A stretch of 64,000 nucleotides of DNA from a virus (lineage: Duplodnaviria; Caudoviricetes), in IMG/VR virus record IMGVR_UViG_3300028172_000069; one strand, given 5' to 3'. The notes beneath the pieces were generated by a model. It made no database searches and was not told the DNA's origin. It saw only the letters and a list, made by a program, of their open reading frames with translations. Position 1 is the first letter of the stretch. Every line of letters begins with the position of its first letter. The position numbers and the translations under genes are program-made. Below are positions 9,022 to 17,299 of this stretch, in pieces.

Positions 9022-9759
9022 TCACTCCTTGATCGGTTGTCCCTCGGCGAGTGTGTTGCTGATGAAGCGGCCGATGACCCGACTCACTACACCGACGACG
9101 TTATCCAGTGTGGTGTGTTTGAAGTGCTGCGCTTCGTGATTGCCGTGCATGTAGTCCCAATGGACAGTCACTTTCTCGGCAGTAGGGTGTTGGCCCCAGT
9201 CCTCGATGCGCAGACGCAAGGTGCGGTCATCACCCTGCTTGACGATCACGTTGACGGTGTTGTCGTCTGCGACGTCCACTTCACCAGCGTTGTCCACGAT
9301 CACGGGCAGCGCACGCACGAACTGGGCGATGTTGTCCATGTTGCTGTTGGCTGCAAGGCCGAGCATACGCTCTTCCTTGAGAGCTTTCAGCATTGGACGA
9401 ATCAACTTCGGTACGGTCTTCATGGCATCTTTGTACGAGAACCACTTGCGCTTGCGCAGATGCTTCTCAGGCCAGTCTTCTGTATCGCGAGTGTACAGCA
9501 TACCGTACATCGTGACCTTCTGGTCCTTGCCCTGCTTCTTGTACTCGTACTTGCCAAGCGTGCTCAGGATGCGACCTGTAACACCCGCCTCTTCGTAGGT
9601 CTCCTTGAGCGCCGATTGCTGTGGCGTCAAGTCAGGCTCTACGCCACCCTTGGGGAATACCCAGTTCTTACCGTCGCTCGACTTGACCAGCAAGATTTCG
9701 TAGTCGAACTTGCGGTTGTAGCGGAAGACGACGCAACCACTCTGTTTACGCACAGCCAT
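9022..9759 (-). CDS. NUDIX hydrolase with C-terminal extension
   Basis: Nudix box WVFPKGGVEPDLTPQQSALKETYEEAG; SGCVV, ILLV and WPE..RKRKW resemble Ap4A/Ap6A/DIPP-type enzymes. Confidence 0.9.
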   Translation of the reverse strand: MAVRKQSGCVVFRYNRKFDYEILLVKSSDGKNWVFPKGGVEPDLTPQQSALKETYEEAGVTGRILSTLGKYEYKKQGKDQKVTMYGMLYTRDTEDWPEKHLRKRKWFSYKDAMKTVPKLIRPMLKALKEERMLGLAANSNMDNIAQFVRALPVIVDNAGEVDVADDNTVNVIVKQGDDRTLRLRIEDWGQHPTAEKVTVHWDYMHGNHEAQHFKHTTLDNVVGVVSRVIGRFISNTLAEGQPIKE

Positions 9760-10384
9760 TTTCAGGCTCCTTCCAGGCTACTCGCGGAGCTTCACGCGAC
9801 TCGCGGCGCTCTCGCAACTTGGTGAACAGATCCTCGAACATGCGGCGCACAGCAGCGAACGGGTCATTGTCACTGGCTTCGGCAGTCAGTGGCTCTGGCG
9901 CTCCTGCATTAGGCTCAGCGACAGGCGCTTCGACTGGGCACAGTTGTTCTTTCGGGTCGTGCCAGACACCTTCAGGATCGAGAATCCAGTTGTCTGGAAT
10001 CACGATGCCACGATCGAGGTCTTCCAGTCGGCGATTGGCAACGCGAATCTGGTCGAGCGCCTTGTTGCGGCAGATACGCAGGGTGCGTTCCCACTCAGCG
10101 ACGATATCCTCGTAGGTACTGACGAAAGTGCTGTCAATGTCCTTGACGGTGATGGCGTCGTAGAAGTATTTGCCAGTGATGTTCCCGTCGGTGTCCGACT
10201 CGGCGCACTGCAAGGCTAGATCGTAGGTGACCTTGGAGCCGCTGAACTGCACCTTGTCGATGCGACCCTTGAGCGCCATTGCGTCTGCTACTTCAGGACG
10301 CAGGTTCCACATATCGGGATAGAAGTAGACGATGGTGCCAATCGCGTAACGGCTCGGCAGTGCCGAAGCAATGGAGATAATCAT
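9746..10384 (-). CDS. hypothetical protein
   Basis: ORF in the minus-strand operon; start placed at ATG 10384 (MIISIASA). Confidence 0.7.
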   Translation of the reverse strand: MIISIASALPSRYAIGTIVYFYPDMWNLRPEVADAMALKGRIDKVQFSGSKVTYDLALQCAESDTDGNITGKYFYDAITVKDIDSTFVSTYEDIVAEWERTLRICRNKALDQIRVANRRLEDLDRGIVIPDNWILDPEGVWHDPKEQLCPVEAPVAEPNAGAPEPLTAEASDNDPFAAVRRMFEDLFTKLRERRESREAPRVAWKEPENGCA

Positions 10385-10388
10385 GGGA

Positions 10389-10841
10389 TCACCCTTGAGC
10401 AGGTACCAGGAAGTCTTCACGGCCGTCGCCGTAAGTCACGTAGAAGCCTTTGCGATTCAGCGGATGCTTGGAGATATACTCGGCATCCACGTCAACGAAG
10501 ATTTCTTCGTCGTAGGCGCAGAAGATGCGATGACCTTCGATCTTGCCTACTGGGAAGATTTCCAGAATCTCGTCCTCGTGAGGCTCGGCTGCCTCGGTCT
10601 GGTCGAGGTAGGCGTTGGAAACAGTGACGCTGATCAGGTCAACCTGCTCGCCTTCTTGAACAGATTCCACATCGAGGTGTACTTCGATACCTTGGCGGGT
10701 AACGATCACGCTCTCACCACTTGGAGCGAGTGCAGCGTCCATGAACAGGTCGCGGACCTGCTGCATGTCTTCGATGGTTGGTTGCCAGTCTTCGTTACCT
10801 TCGACTGTTACGTGAAACACATCGCGTTTTTGCTGAGTCAT
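10389..10841 (-). CDS. hypothetical two-module protein
   Basis: AGGA RBS; C-terminal YISKH...GFYVTYGDG module resembles the C-terminus of 52594-53340. Confidence 0.7.
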   Translation of the reverse strand: MTQQKRDVFHVTVEGNEDWQPTIEDMQQVRDLFMDAALAPSGESVIVTRQGIEVHLDVESVQEGEQVDLISVTVSNAYLDQTEAAEPHEDEILEIFPVGKIEGHRIFCAYDEEIFVDVDAEYISKHPLNRKGFYVTYGDGREDFLVPAQG

Positions 10842-10860
10842 GGTAATTCCTTGATTGAAG

Positions 10861-11748
10861 TTATGCAGCTTGAATGTCTGCTGTCTTTGTATTCGGGAAC
10901 GCTCGACCAGTACCCCAAATCAAGCGGCAAGCGCCATTTTGTGCAGCAGTTCCAGGCCCAGAGGAGCCGGCGCCATAGTAAGGGCCTGGGGACGAACCTG
11001 GGACACCGTGATCAGACCTATTAAGCGGTACTCCATTTTCAGCCTTACCTTGCAATCCAACACCGCCACCTATGTAACTACTACCTCCGGACCCTGGCAT
11101 TGACACACCAGTACCGCCACCGCTATCGACGTCTGGAGCACCACCTATATTCCATGAGTAATAACCAGAAGTACCGGAACCGCCGTTACCTCCTTTACCG
11201 CCGTTACCTGTGTAGCCTGCTGCTCCGCCGCCTCCGCCACTTGACGCATCATTCGGACCAGACCAAGAACCACCAAATCCACCATTACCACCGTTGCCAC
11301 CACCTTTGTTTGTCAACGACACATGATGGGTGTAAGTACCTCCAAGGCCTCCAGGCCCACTGCCATTTGAAAACGACCCTGCGCGTCCATGGCGACCAGA
11401 TGTTGCAGCCATAAGCACGACACCTTTGCGGGATACGCTAGTCACCACGGTGCTAACAGCATTGTATATGGCCGTAACTTGCGAGGCTTGACCGACCACG
11501 ATATCAAGAACTTCGCCGGGTGTTACTGGAATTTCGTTGGCCCAGCATAAGGCACCACCGCCACCGCCACCACCCATGCGGCGACCATTTTCTCCGCTGC
11601 CTGCTCTACCGCCAGGGCCTACGCACACGGCACTAAGCATAGTGACCCCGTCGGGTACAACGAACTGTCGAGATTCGAGAATCGTGATCTGGCCAATTGG
11701 TTGTCTTGGGACCAAGCTGGGGGATTGTCTAGGAATTAGAGTCAGCAT
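10861..11748 (-). CDS. glycine-rich putative fibre/adhesin protein (paralog A)
   Basis: MLTLIP start; FVVPDGV..VCVGPGG...GGGGALCWAN.IPVTPG Gly-rich phage fibre domain; C-term RLIWGTGRAFP. Confidence 0.75.
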   Translation of the reverse strand: MLTLIPRQSPSLVPRQPIGQITILESRQFVVPDGVTMLSAVCVGPGGRAGSGENGRRMGGGGGGGALCWANEIPVTPGEVLDIVVGQASQVTAIYNAVSTVVTSVSRKGVVLMAATSGRHGRAGSFSNGSGPGGLGGTYTHHVSLTNKGGGNGGNGGFGGSWSGPNDASSGGGGGAAGYTGNGGKGGNGGSGTSGYYSWNIGGAPDVDSGGGTGVSMPGSGGSSYIGGGVGLQGKAENGVPLNRSDHGVPGSSPGPYYGAGSSGPGTAAQNGACRLIWGTGRAFPNTKTADIQAA

Positions 11749-11850
11749 TGTACTTCCTGTGGGTGCCTTTAACACCCGTGCGTCGCATCTGCGAGGTGAT
11801 CGCCGTAAGGAAGGCACCGTTCCAGACAGCTTTAGATCATGTTGCGTCAG

Positions 11851-11867
11851 TTTTCGATTACACGTTT
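11851..11867. repeat. 17-bp direct repeat copy 1 (TTTTCGATTACACGTTT)
   Basis: Identical 17-mer at 12681-12697. Confidence 0.9.
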
Positions 11868-11871
11868 GGTA

Positions 11872-12669
11872 CTAGGCAGCTTCTGTAATGTCCGCTGTTC
11901 TGGTTTTAGGGAAGGCGCGACCTTTACCCCAGATGAATCGCACAGCGCCACCTTGAGCTTCCGCACCTCCAAAGAATGGACCCGGTGGGGAACCGTTAGC
12001 TTGCGCAGAGTATCCGGTGAAGCTGCCTTGACCGTTTGTTCCTTGGCCTTGCAAACCTACGCCTCCGCTGGCACTACCCTTGTTGGAGCCGCCGCCTCCA
12101 CCTGCACCGACACCACCGCCGACCGAGCCATTAGCAAAGCCACCGTCACCCGCATATCCACCAGCGCCACCAGCTGAGGGTGGAGCGCTACCTGACGTCA
12201 TACCGTTAGAGCCCGCGGCACCCTTACCACCACCCCACGTACCTGCAGGCAAAGTAGATGTGAACGTACCGCCAGCACCACCCGTTCGCTGGGGAGTGCC
12301 GCCATTGGCTGAGTTCCCATTGCCGCCATTCTTACCTGCACCAGCGCGCAGTATGACGGTGCCGTTGACTGCGATGGTCGTATCTGTCTGACTTCCAAGG
12401 GTACCAATCTTTACTTCGATGGTATCACCAGGGTTAACAGGTAAGGAGTTTGCCCAACATAGTGCACCGCCTCCACCAGCACCTGCGAAGTAGGTTACGC
12501 TGGGAAAACCAAAGACATAGTTGGCACCACGAGTACCACCTGATCCCACCGCTACGACGCAAAGATTCTCAGCTCCGTCTGGAACAGTGAAGGTTTGCGA
12601 AGAGGTCAGCGTCTGCTGTCCAACAACCGTCGATGGCATGCTTGACTTGACTGGGATTAGCGTGAGCAT
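11872..12669 (-). CDS. glycine-rich putative fibre/adhesin protein (paralog B)
   Basis: MLTLIP start; TFTVPDGA..VAVGSGG...GGGGALCWAN; C-term RFIWGKGRAFP; clear tandem paralog of 10861-11748. Confidence 0.8.
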   Translation of the reverse strand: MLTLIPVKSSMPSTVVGQQTLTSSQTFTVPDGAENLCVVAVGSGGTRGANYVFGFPSVTYFAGAGGGGALCWANSLPVNPGDTIEVKIGTLGSQTDTTIAVNGTVILRAGAGKNGGNGNSANGGTPQRTGGAGGTFTSTLPAGTWGGGKGAAGSNGMTSGSAPPSAGGAGGYAGDGGFANGSVGGGVGAGGGGGSNKGSASGGVGLQGQGTNGQGSFTGYSAQANGSPPGPFFGGAEAQGGAVRFIWGKGRAFPKTRTADITEAA

Positions 12670-12676
12670 CCGTTCC

Positions 12677-13138
12677 TCACTTTTCGATTACACGTTTACG
12701 GTTGGAGAGCGTGCAGGAAACGCTGATCCAATGTTCCTTGTGCTGCAGGACGTCGAAGTCCTTGAGCGATTTGATGAACGCGAAGATGGCGTCGTTATCA
12801 CCACGCAGGCATACAGCTTGCGCGGTGTAGTGCTGCTTCATCGCCAGATACTCTTGCCACTGCTGTTCGCGGATGGGCTTCTTGTTCTCGATACACCACA
12901 TGGCGAACGCTTTGCGGCTGTACTCGCGCTCCAGGTTCTCGCAGCGATACCACGACGTGATGTACTGCGGCCCAAGCTCAGCCCACAAAGGCTCAAGCAC
13001 TTTCTCGGCAAGCAAGGCCGCGTTGTCTGCGTAGTCCTGATTGGGTACGATGTTGTCGATGCCAAGGCGGAATGCCGTTTCGTCGAACTGGACGTCGTAC
13101 ATGGTGAAGCTCTTGCTGATCTGAATACGGTTGTCCAT
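12677..13138 (-). CDS. peptidase M15A-like protein with altered Zn ligands
   Basis: ISKSFT...TAFRLGIDN...LAEKVLEPL...ITSWYRC...QH; the expected Asp and second His are replaced (AVC, WISVS). Confidence 0.7.
   Translation of the reverse strand: MDNRIQISKSFTMYDVQFDETAFRLGIDNIVPNQDYADNAALLAEKVLEPLWAELGPQYITSWYRCENLEREYSRKAFAMWCIENKKPIREQQWQEYLAMKQHYTAQAVCLRGDNDAIFAFIKSLKDFDVLQHKEHWISVSCTLSNRKRVIEK
12681..12697. repeat. 17-bp direct repeat copy 2
   Basis: Identical to 11851-11867; overlaps the 3' end of the M15 gene. Confidence 0.9.
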
Positions 13139-13605
13139 TACATCACCAGGAAAATGCCCATGAATATGATGACTGCCTTGTGGATCAGCAGCTCGGTTGT
13201 GAGTTCGCGGTACTGCTGGCGTCGCTGGTTCTCGGTGTCAGCGTAGCGCTCTGCGTAGTAGTTACCACGTTCCTCTTCCAGCTTGAGATTCTCCAGCATC
13301 AGGTTGCGCTGGGTCACCAAGCCGTTGTGCGCTGTGAGCAGTAACTGCAACGCTTCGGTGTTCTGCTTGGCTGCTTGCCGATAGGCATTCAGTTGGTTCA
13401 TCCCAGCAGTGTCCAGAGTGGCGAAGCGCTCCTCGCCAATCGTCTGAATCTTGATCTGGGGCACCGCAGGTAGATCGACAGCTTTGGCGTTGAGACTGTC
13501 CACTGGAGCCAACGCGCTGTAGCGATCACTCTTGTCTGGCTGCACTTGGGTCATGCTGCACCCAGTGAGTACGCTCAAGGCGAGCACTGCCAATACCATT
13601 TTCAT
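13138..13605 (-). CDS. spanin-like lipoprotein with C-terminal hydrophobic anchor
   Basis: Lipobox VLTG-C, coiled-coil middle, C-terminal AVIIFMGIFLVM; within the lysis-like cassette. Confidence 0.6.
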   Translation of the reverse strand: MKMVLAVLALSVLTGCSMTQVQPDKSDRYSALAPVDSLNAKAVDLPAVPQIKIQTIGEERFATLDTAGMNQLNAYRQAAKQNTEALQLLLTAHNGLVTQRNLMLENLKLEEERGNYYAERYADTENQRRQQYRELTTELLIHKAVIIFMGIFLVM

Positions 13606-13656
13606 GTTCGTTACCTGTGCGAAAACCCGCAGCACGGTCAGCACTGCGGGTCCTGG

Positions 13657-14055
13657 TTATGCGCTTTTGGGCGCGTCGGGTAGTTGCTGGACGATTTCCT
13701 GCATCTTCGCCTCTTGCACTTGGATCGCAGCCTCTTGGCGAGCGATCACGTCAGCGGCAGCACCGGTCACAGGTACCTTGTTGAGCAAGTTGTCGCACGC
13801 AAAGCCAATGGCCATGTACGTCAGCTTGGACGACTCAGGGTCTGTGATGATGGTGAACGCAAACGCTGCAATCGTACCGATGATGGCAGTCTGCGAGCGC
13901 ACTGGGTTTGTGGTCCAGTAAGCCAGCAGCCCGATATCGAGTTCACGACAGCGCTTTGCCCAGTTAATGAGAACGCCAATGACAACGCACAGGAAGTACG
14001 TCAGTGCCACGGCGGGTTCGACACCAAGTAGCCCTTTGACTGCCTCGGTTATCAT
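13657..14055 (-). CDS. putative holin
   Basis: Small protein with 2-3 hydrophobic segments and a charged C-terminus, next to spanin-like and M15 genes. Confidence 0.5.
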   Translation of the reverse strand: MITEAVKGLLGVEPAVALTYFLCVVIGVLINWAKRCRELDIGLLAYWTTNPVRSQTAIIGTIAAFAFTIITDPESSKLTYMAIGFACDNLLNKVPVTGAAADVIARQEAAIQVQEAKMQEIVQQLPDAPKSA

Positions 14056-14066
14056 GTTGTACGCTC

Positions 14067-14369
14067 CTACTTATCCTCGTTCCAGTTGCGCACAGCATCG
14101 TCCAAACTCTTGTCGGGAGTGACGGGCTTTGGAGCCAGGGTCTGTTCGATCTGCGTGTGTTGGTCCTTTATCACGACCTGCTGTTGCTCCAGGTCTTTGA
14201 CGTTTTCATCCGCCTTGGTCATATCTGGTGGAGGTGGAGCAGTCACAGTTGAGCTACTACCACCCTTGGGAAAGGCGCGCACAACAACCGCTACTGCCAC
14301 CCCGAGCAGCAAAGCTCCCAACCACTTGAGCCACTTCACGGAAGAAGTCAACGCACCTTTAACGTCCAT
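14067..14369 (-). CDS. bitopic membrane protein, i-spanin-like
   Basis: N-terminal TM WLGALLLGVAVAVVV, Pro-rich linker, short coiled coil. Confidence 0.5.
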   Translation of the reverse strand: MDVKGALTSSVKWLKWLGALLLGVAVAVVVRAFPKGGSSSTVTAPPPPDMTKADENVKDLEQQQVVIKDQHTQIEQTLAPKPVTPDKSLDDAVRNWNEDK

Positions 14370-14371
14370 AG

Positions 14372-14569
14372 CTATTCACCTTCTCGATAGTGCTGGTGAG
14401 ACGCACGCTTGAGCACCCGATGGAGCCGGCGAGCCAGATCACCTTGGATTGCCCGAGATTGATCTTCAAACTCAGGTTCACGATCAGCTTCCTTCTTGCG
14501 CTTACCCTTGGGCAGTTGCTTCTGGAGCCGGGCTTTTACTGGTGGTAGAATATCGAAACTCACGTTCAT
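14372..14569 (-). CDS. small basic hypothetical protein
   Basis: 65-aa K/R-rich ORF downstream of a TAATTTA motif and hairpin. Confidence 0.5.
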   Translation of the reverse strand: MNVSFDILPPVKARLQKQLPKGKRKKEADREPEFEDQSRAIQGDLARRLHRVLKRASHQHYREGE

Positions 14570-14617
14570 GGCATACGTCCGAAAGGATAGTCCATAGCCA
14601 AGCATCTGACTATGGAC

Positions 14618-14624
14618 TAAATTA
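14618..14624 (-). promoter_or_regulatory. TAATTTA motif (putative late promoter) followed by a hairpin at 14589-14618
   Basis: Intergenic, ahead of the lysis cassette; AGTCCATAG...CTATGGACT inverted repeat immediately downstream. Confidence 0.5.
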
Positions 14625-14625
14625 T

Positions 14626-17223
14626 TCAGCCTAGTTTGGACCGACCCTTTTGGGCAATGCGGAAATTGCGGAGTGAAATGTCGCTACTCCACACGACCTG
14701 ACCACTACTCCCACCAAGACGACGGTTGAAGTACATGACAGAAGGGGTGTCCAGCTGAATGTCGATCGGGAACGCGAACTCGCCGATCATCACACCGTCA
14801 ACCCAGCATTGCATCATACCGTTGTCACGGGTAATCTGCATTTTGTACCACTTGTTCATCTGCACTGGGAAGTCGTACAGGCGATAGAAAGTCGCGTTGC
14901 CTCCGTGGTCGGTTGACAAATAGAAGTAACCGTTCGTGGTGTTGTACTGCACTTCCCAGTTTACCAACTTGCCAGGAGCAGCCCAAGTACCCCAATATAC
15001 CAAGGTAATCATGGACGTGCCCGCTTGAGACGCAGCCGTAGCGCAGTTGAATTCAATATCAACCGTGAAATCTGTGGTGCCGAACACCATAGAACTTGAC
15101 GGTTGAATTGACAAATACGAACCTGCAGGTAAGCGGACGAAGCCGTCGTTGTAGACAGGAGAGCCGTACGCCGACACGAAGGTCTCCAACTTACCATTTG
15201 TTACCAGAGGAATCACGTCAGGAGTGATGAACTCCAAGACAGGACGCCAAAGTTGGCTGGCTACAGCGCCAGTGTTCGACGAGATACCAGCGATAGCGTT
15301 GTTGGTACCACGACATACACGCGATGTGGTTGTTGTTGACAGGTACTCTTGGCACCATGACCCAGGCACATCCAAACCCAGCTCTTCATTGGTGAAGGCA
15401 GCCCAACGAGTAGCTGCTGAGGCGCTCACACTCACGCGATTCATCAGCAACGTCCACTCAGATACAGACGCACCCGCAGCACCGTTGCCAGTGTAAGGGT
15501 TCTGACTTGCACCTGTGGGGAGGCGAACGCGGAAGTGCCCACCAGCAGTCGTGATGCGAGTAGTCTGCTGCACAGGGCTGGATGAAGGCAGCGGCTGTAC
15601 GCCAGTACCCGTCTCCAGACCATAGACAGCACCTGCTTGGTAGAGCGCCTGCCACGAGATACCGGTGCGCAATGGCTTCTTCGGAATAAACAGGATCTTT
15701 CCGTCGAGAGCAAACTTCAACCATGTAGTGTCAGCATTGACGGGCGTACCTTCGGTGAGTCCGAGATACGTCGCAAGATCAACACCTTGCATGACCTCAC
15801 TCATTGGCACTTCACCAAAGTAACCCTGGTTGAAGTTACCGGCGATTGGCTTCTGTGGACCTGGGCCGTTGTATGGCGTGCGCACGCGCGGCAGTGCTAC
15901 ACGCGGACGCCCGATGTTACCGTTGTAAAGCGCTTTCGCTGCGATGCGAATGTTGGTGACGTGCAGGGCGTCCGAGTTTGCCGGAAAGCTGTCCCAGTTG
16001 TCGCGCAGGCCCCGAACTGTCGAGTTGTTGATTATGGGCAGAGGAGCGTTCATCTGCCCAACAAGGTCACCGTCGAAGTACATGGAGACGATGTTACCGA
16101 CCTTCTCTACTACGACATGGACGTCCGCACCGTACTTCGGAAGAAGCCTGTTTGCGTTGAACGCATACGTCGAAGTGCCAGAGTAAACATAGGCAAACTG
16201 GAGCTGCAACGCACCAGTGAAGAACAAGCACCACGAGTTACCGGCTTGCCCACCGTACGCCCACTGTGTGATAACGCCACACTGCCCGTTACCCATAGCT
16301 TGAGTGATGCGGAACTTGCACTCAATGGTAAAATCACCTGCACCAAAGTACGCCAATGGGGCCTCGAAGCGAGACGACGAAGGCTGCTGCGTGATGATGC
16401 GATTCCACTGCATCGCAGCGGTACCGGAGAGCGTGAAAGGCTCGCGGGTGATTTCGTTGATAAACTCGTTACGACGGAAGCTGGCCTGAAAAACAATGCC
16501 GCGCTGCTCTTCCTCAGTGTAAGTCTCATACACCAGAGCAGGCAGTTCTGTAGGTGGAGTGAATGGTCCGTTGTACGCGGACTTGCCACGCATCATACGG
16601 ATGTTCCAGCGCTTACCGATGGCCCCGCGGCGAATGCTCATCATTTCGGTCGACAAGAAGCCTGCGGTACTGTGCGGACCTTGATACTTGATCTGACCGT
16701 TGACGTAGATAGTCAGCACACCGTTGACACGGCATGCAGCAATGTGCGCCTTGGGTTGCAGTAGCTCTGGAATGTTGGTGATGGTAGCGTCACCTGCACC
16801 ACCACGATTACCTGTGGACGTCAGCAGGAAGTTGATGGCTTGTGCAGGCAGAACCGCGAAGTACATGGAGATATTGCCTTCACCGCCAGCACCGAGCATG
16901 TCCAAAGACAAGATGGTACCACCATACTGGCTGACCGAGGTGAACGCTACCCAGCTTTCGATGCTGAAATCTTCGTTCGCCTTGATGTACGGTGGAGGCA
17001 TACCGTTGAGGGCAGCATCTGTGGTGTTGGTCATCAACAAGGTGCTGTCGCTGGTATCAATCGACGCACCACTGCCCAGGGTTAGCAGCGTCTCACTACC
17101 TTCATCCAGAGGCAATCCTTCCTTGAACGTAAGTTGTGACCAGACGTACTGATTGTTCGGAGGTGGCCCACCCGTGTTCCTTTCGATCGGCCAAAGAGAG
17201 TAGCGAGGTATGAGAGACAGCAT
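14626..17223 (-). CDS. multi-LamG (concanavalin A-like) putative virion fibre/adhesin
   Basis: MLSLIPRYSLWP start; three LamG-like repeats (DFTIE, F.G.DFTIEC, HV.v...G....YfDG) plus a GYFGEV...WLKFALDGKILFIPKKP domain recalled from phiKZ-like virion proteins. Confidence 0.8.
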   Translation of the reverse strand: MLSLIPRYSLWPIERNTGGPPPNNQYVWSQLTFKEGLPLDEGSETLLTLGSGASIDTSDSTLLMTNTTDAALNGMPPPYIKANEDFSIESWVAFTSVSQYGGTILSLDMLGAGGEGNISMYFAVLPAQAINFLLTSTGNRGGAGDATITNIPELLQPKAHIAACRVNGVLTIYVNGQIKYQGPHSTAGFLSTEMMSIRRGAIGKRWNIRMMRGKSAYNGPFTPPTELPALVYETYTEEEQRGIVFQASFRRNEFINEITREPFTLSGTAAMQWNRIITQQPSSSRFEAPLAYFGAGDFTIECKFRITQAMGNGQCGVITQWAYGGQAGNSWCLFFTGALQLQFAYVYSGTSTYAFNANRLLPKYGADVHVVVEKVGNIVSMYFDGDLVGQMNAPLPIINNSTVRGLRDNWDSFPANSDALHVTNIRIAAKALYNGNIGRPRVALPRVRTPYNGPGPQKPIAGNFNQGYFGEVPMSEVMQGVDLATYLGLTEGTPVNADTTWLKFALDGKILFIPKKPLRTGISWQALYQAGAVYGLETGTGVQPLPSSSPVQQTTRITTAGGHFRVRLPTGASQNPYTGNGAAGASVSEWTLLMNRVSVSASAATRWAAFTNEELGLDVPGSWCQEYLSTTTTSRVCRGTNNAIAGISSNTGAVASQLWRPVLEFITPDVIPLVTNGKLETFVSAYGSPVYNDGFVRLPAGSYLSIQPSSSMVFGTTDFTVDIEFNCATAASQAGTSMITLVYWGTWAAPGKLVNWEVQYNTTNGYFYLSTDHGGNATFYRLYDFPVQMNKWYKMQITRDNGMMQCWVDGVMIGEFAFPIDIQLDTPSVMYFNRRLGGSSGQVVWSSDISLRNFRIAQKGRSKLG

Positions 17224-17299
17224 AGGTGGGTTCTCTTAGAGTCGAATAATGGTATCCGGTCAGATGACGTGGGGCTCGTCCTTGAGCCGTGGATTGTCC

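Noticed and set aside
17269-17287. GGCTC-GTCCTT-GAGCC hairpin between two fibre genes
   Set aside because: Short stem without a U-tract; not supportable as a terminator
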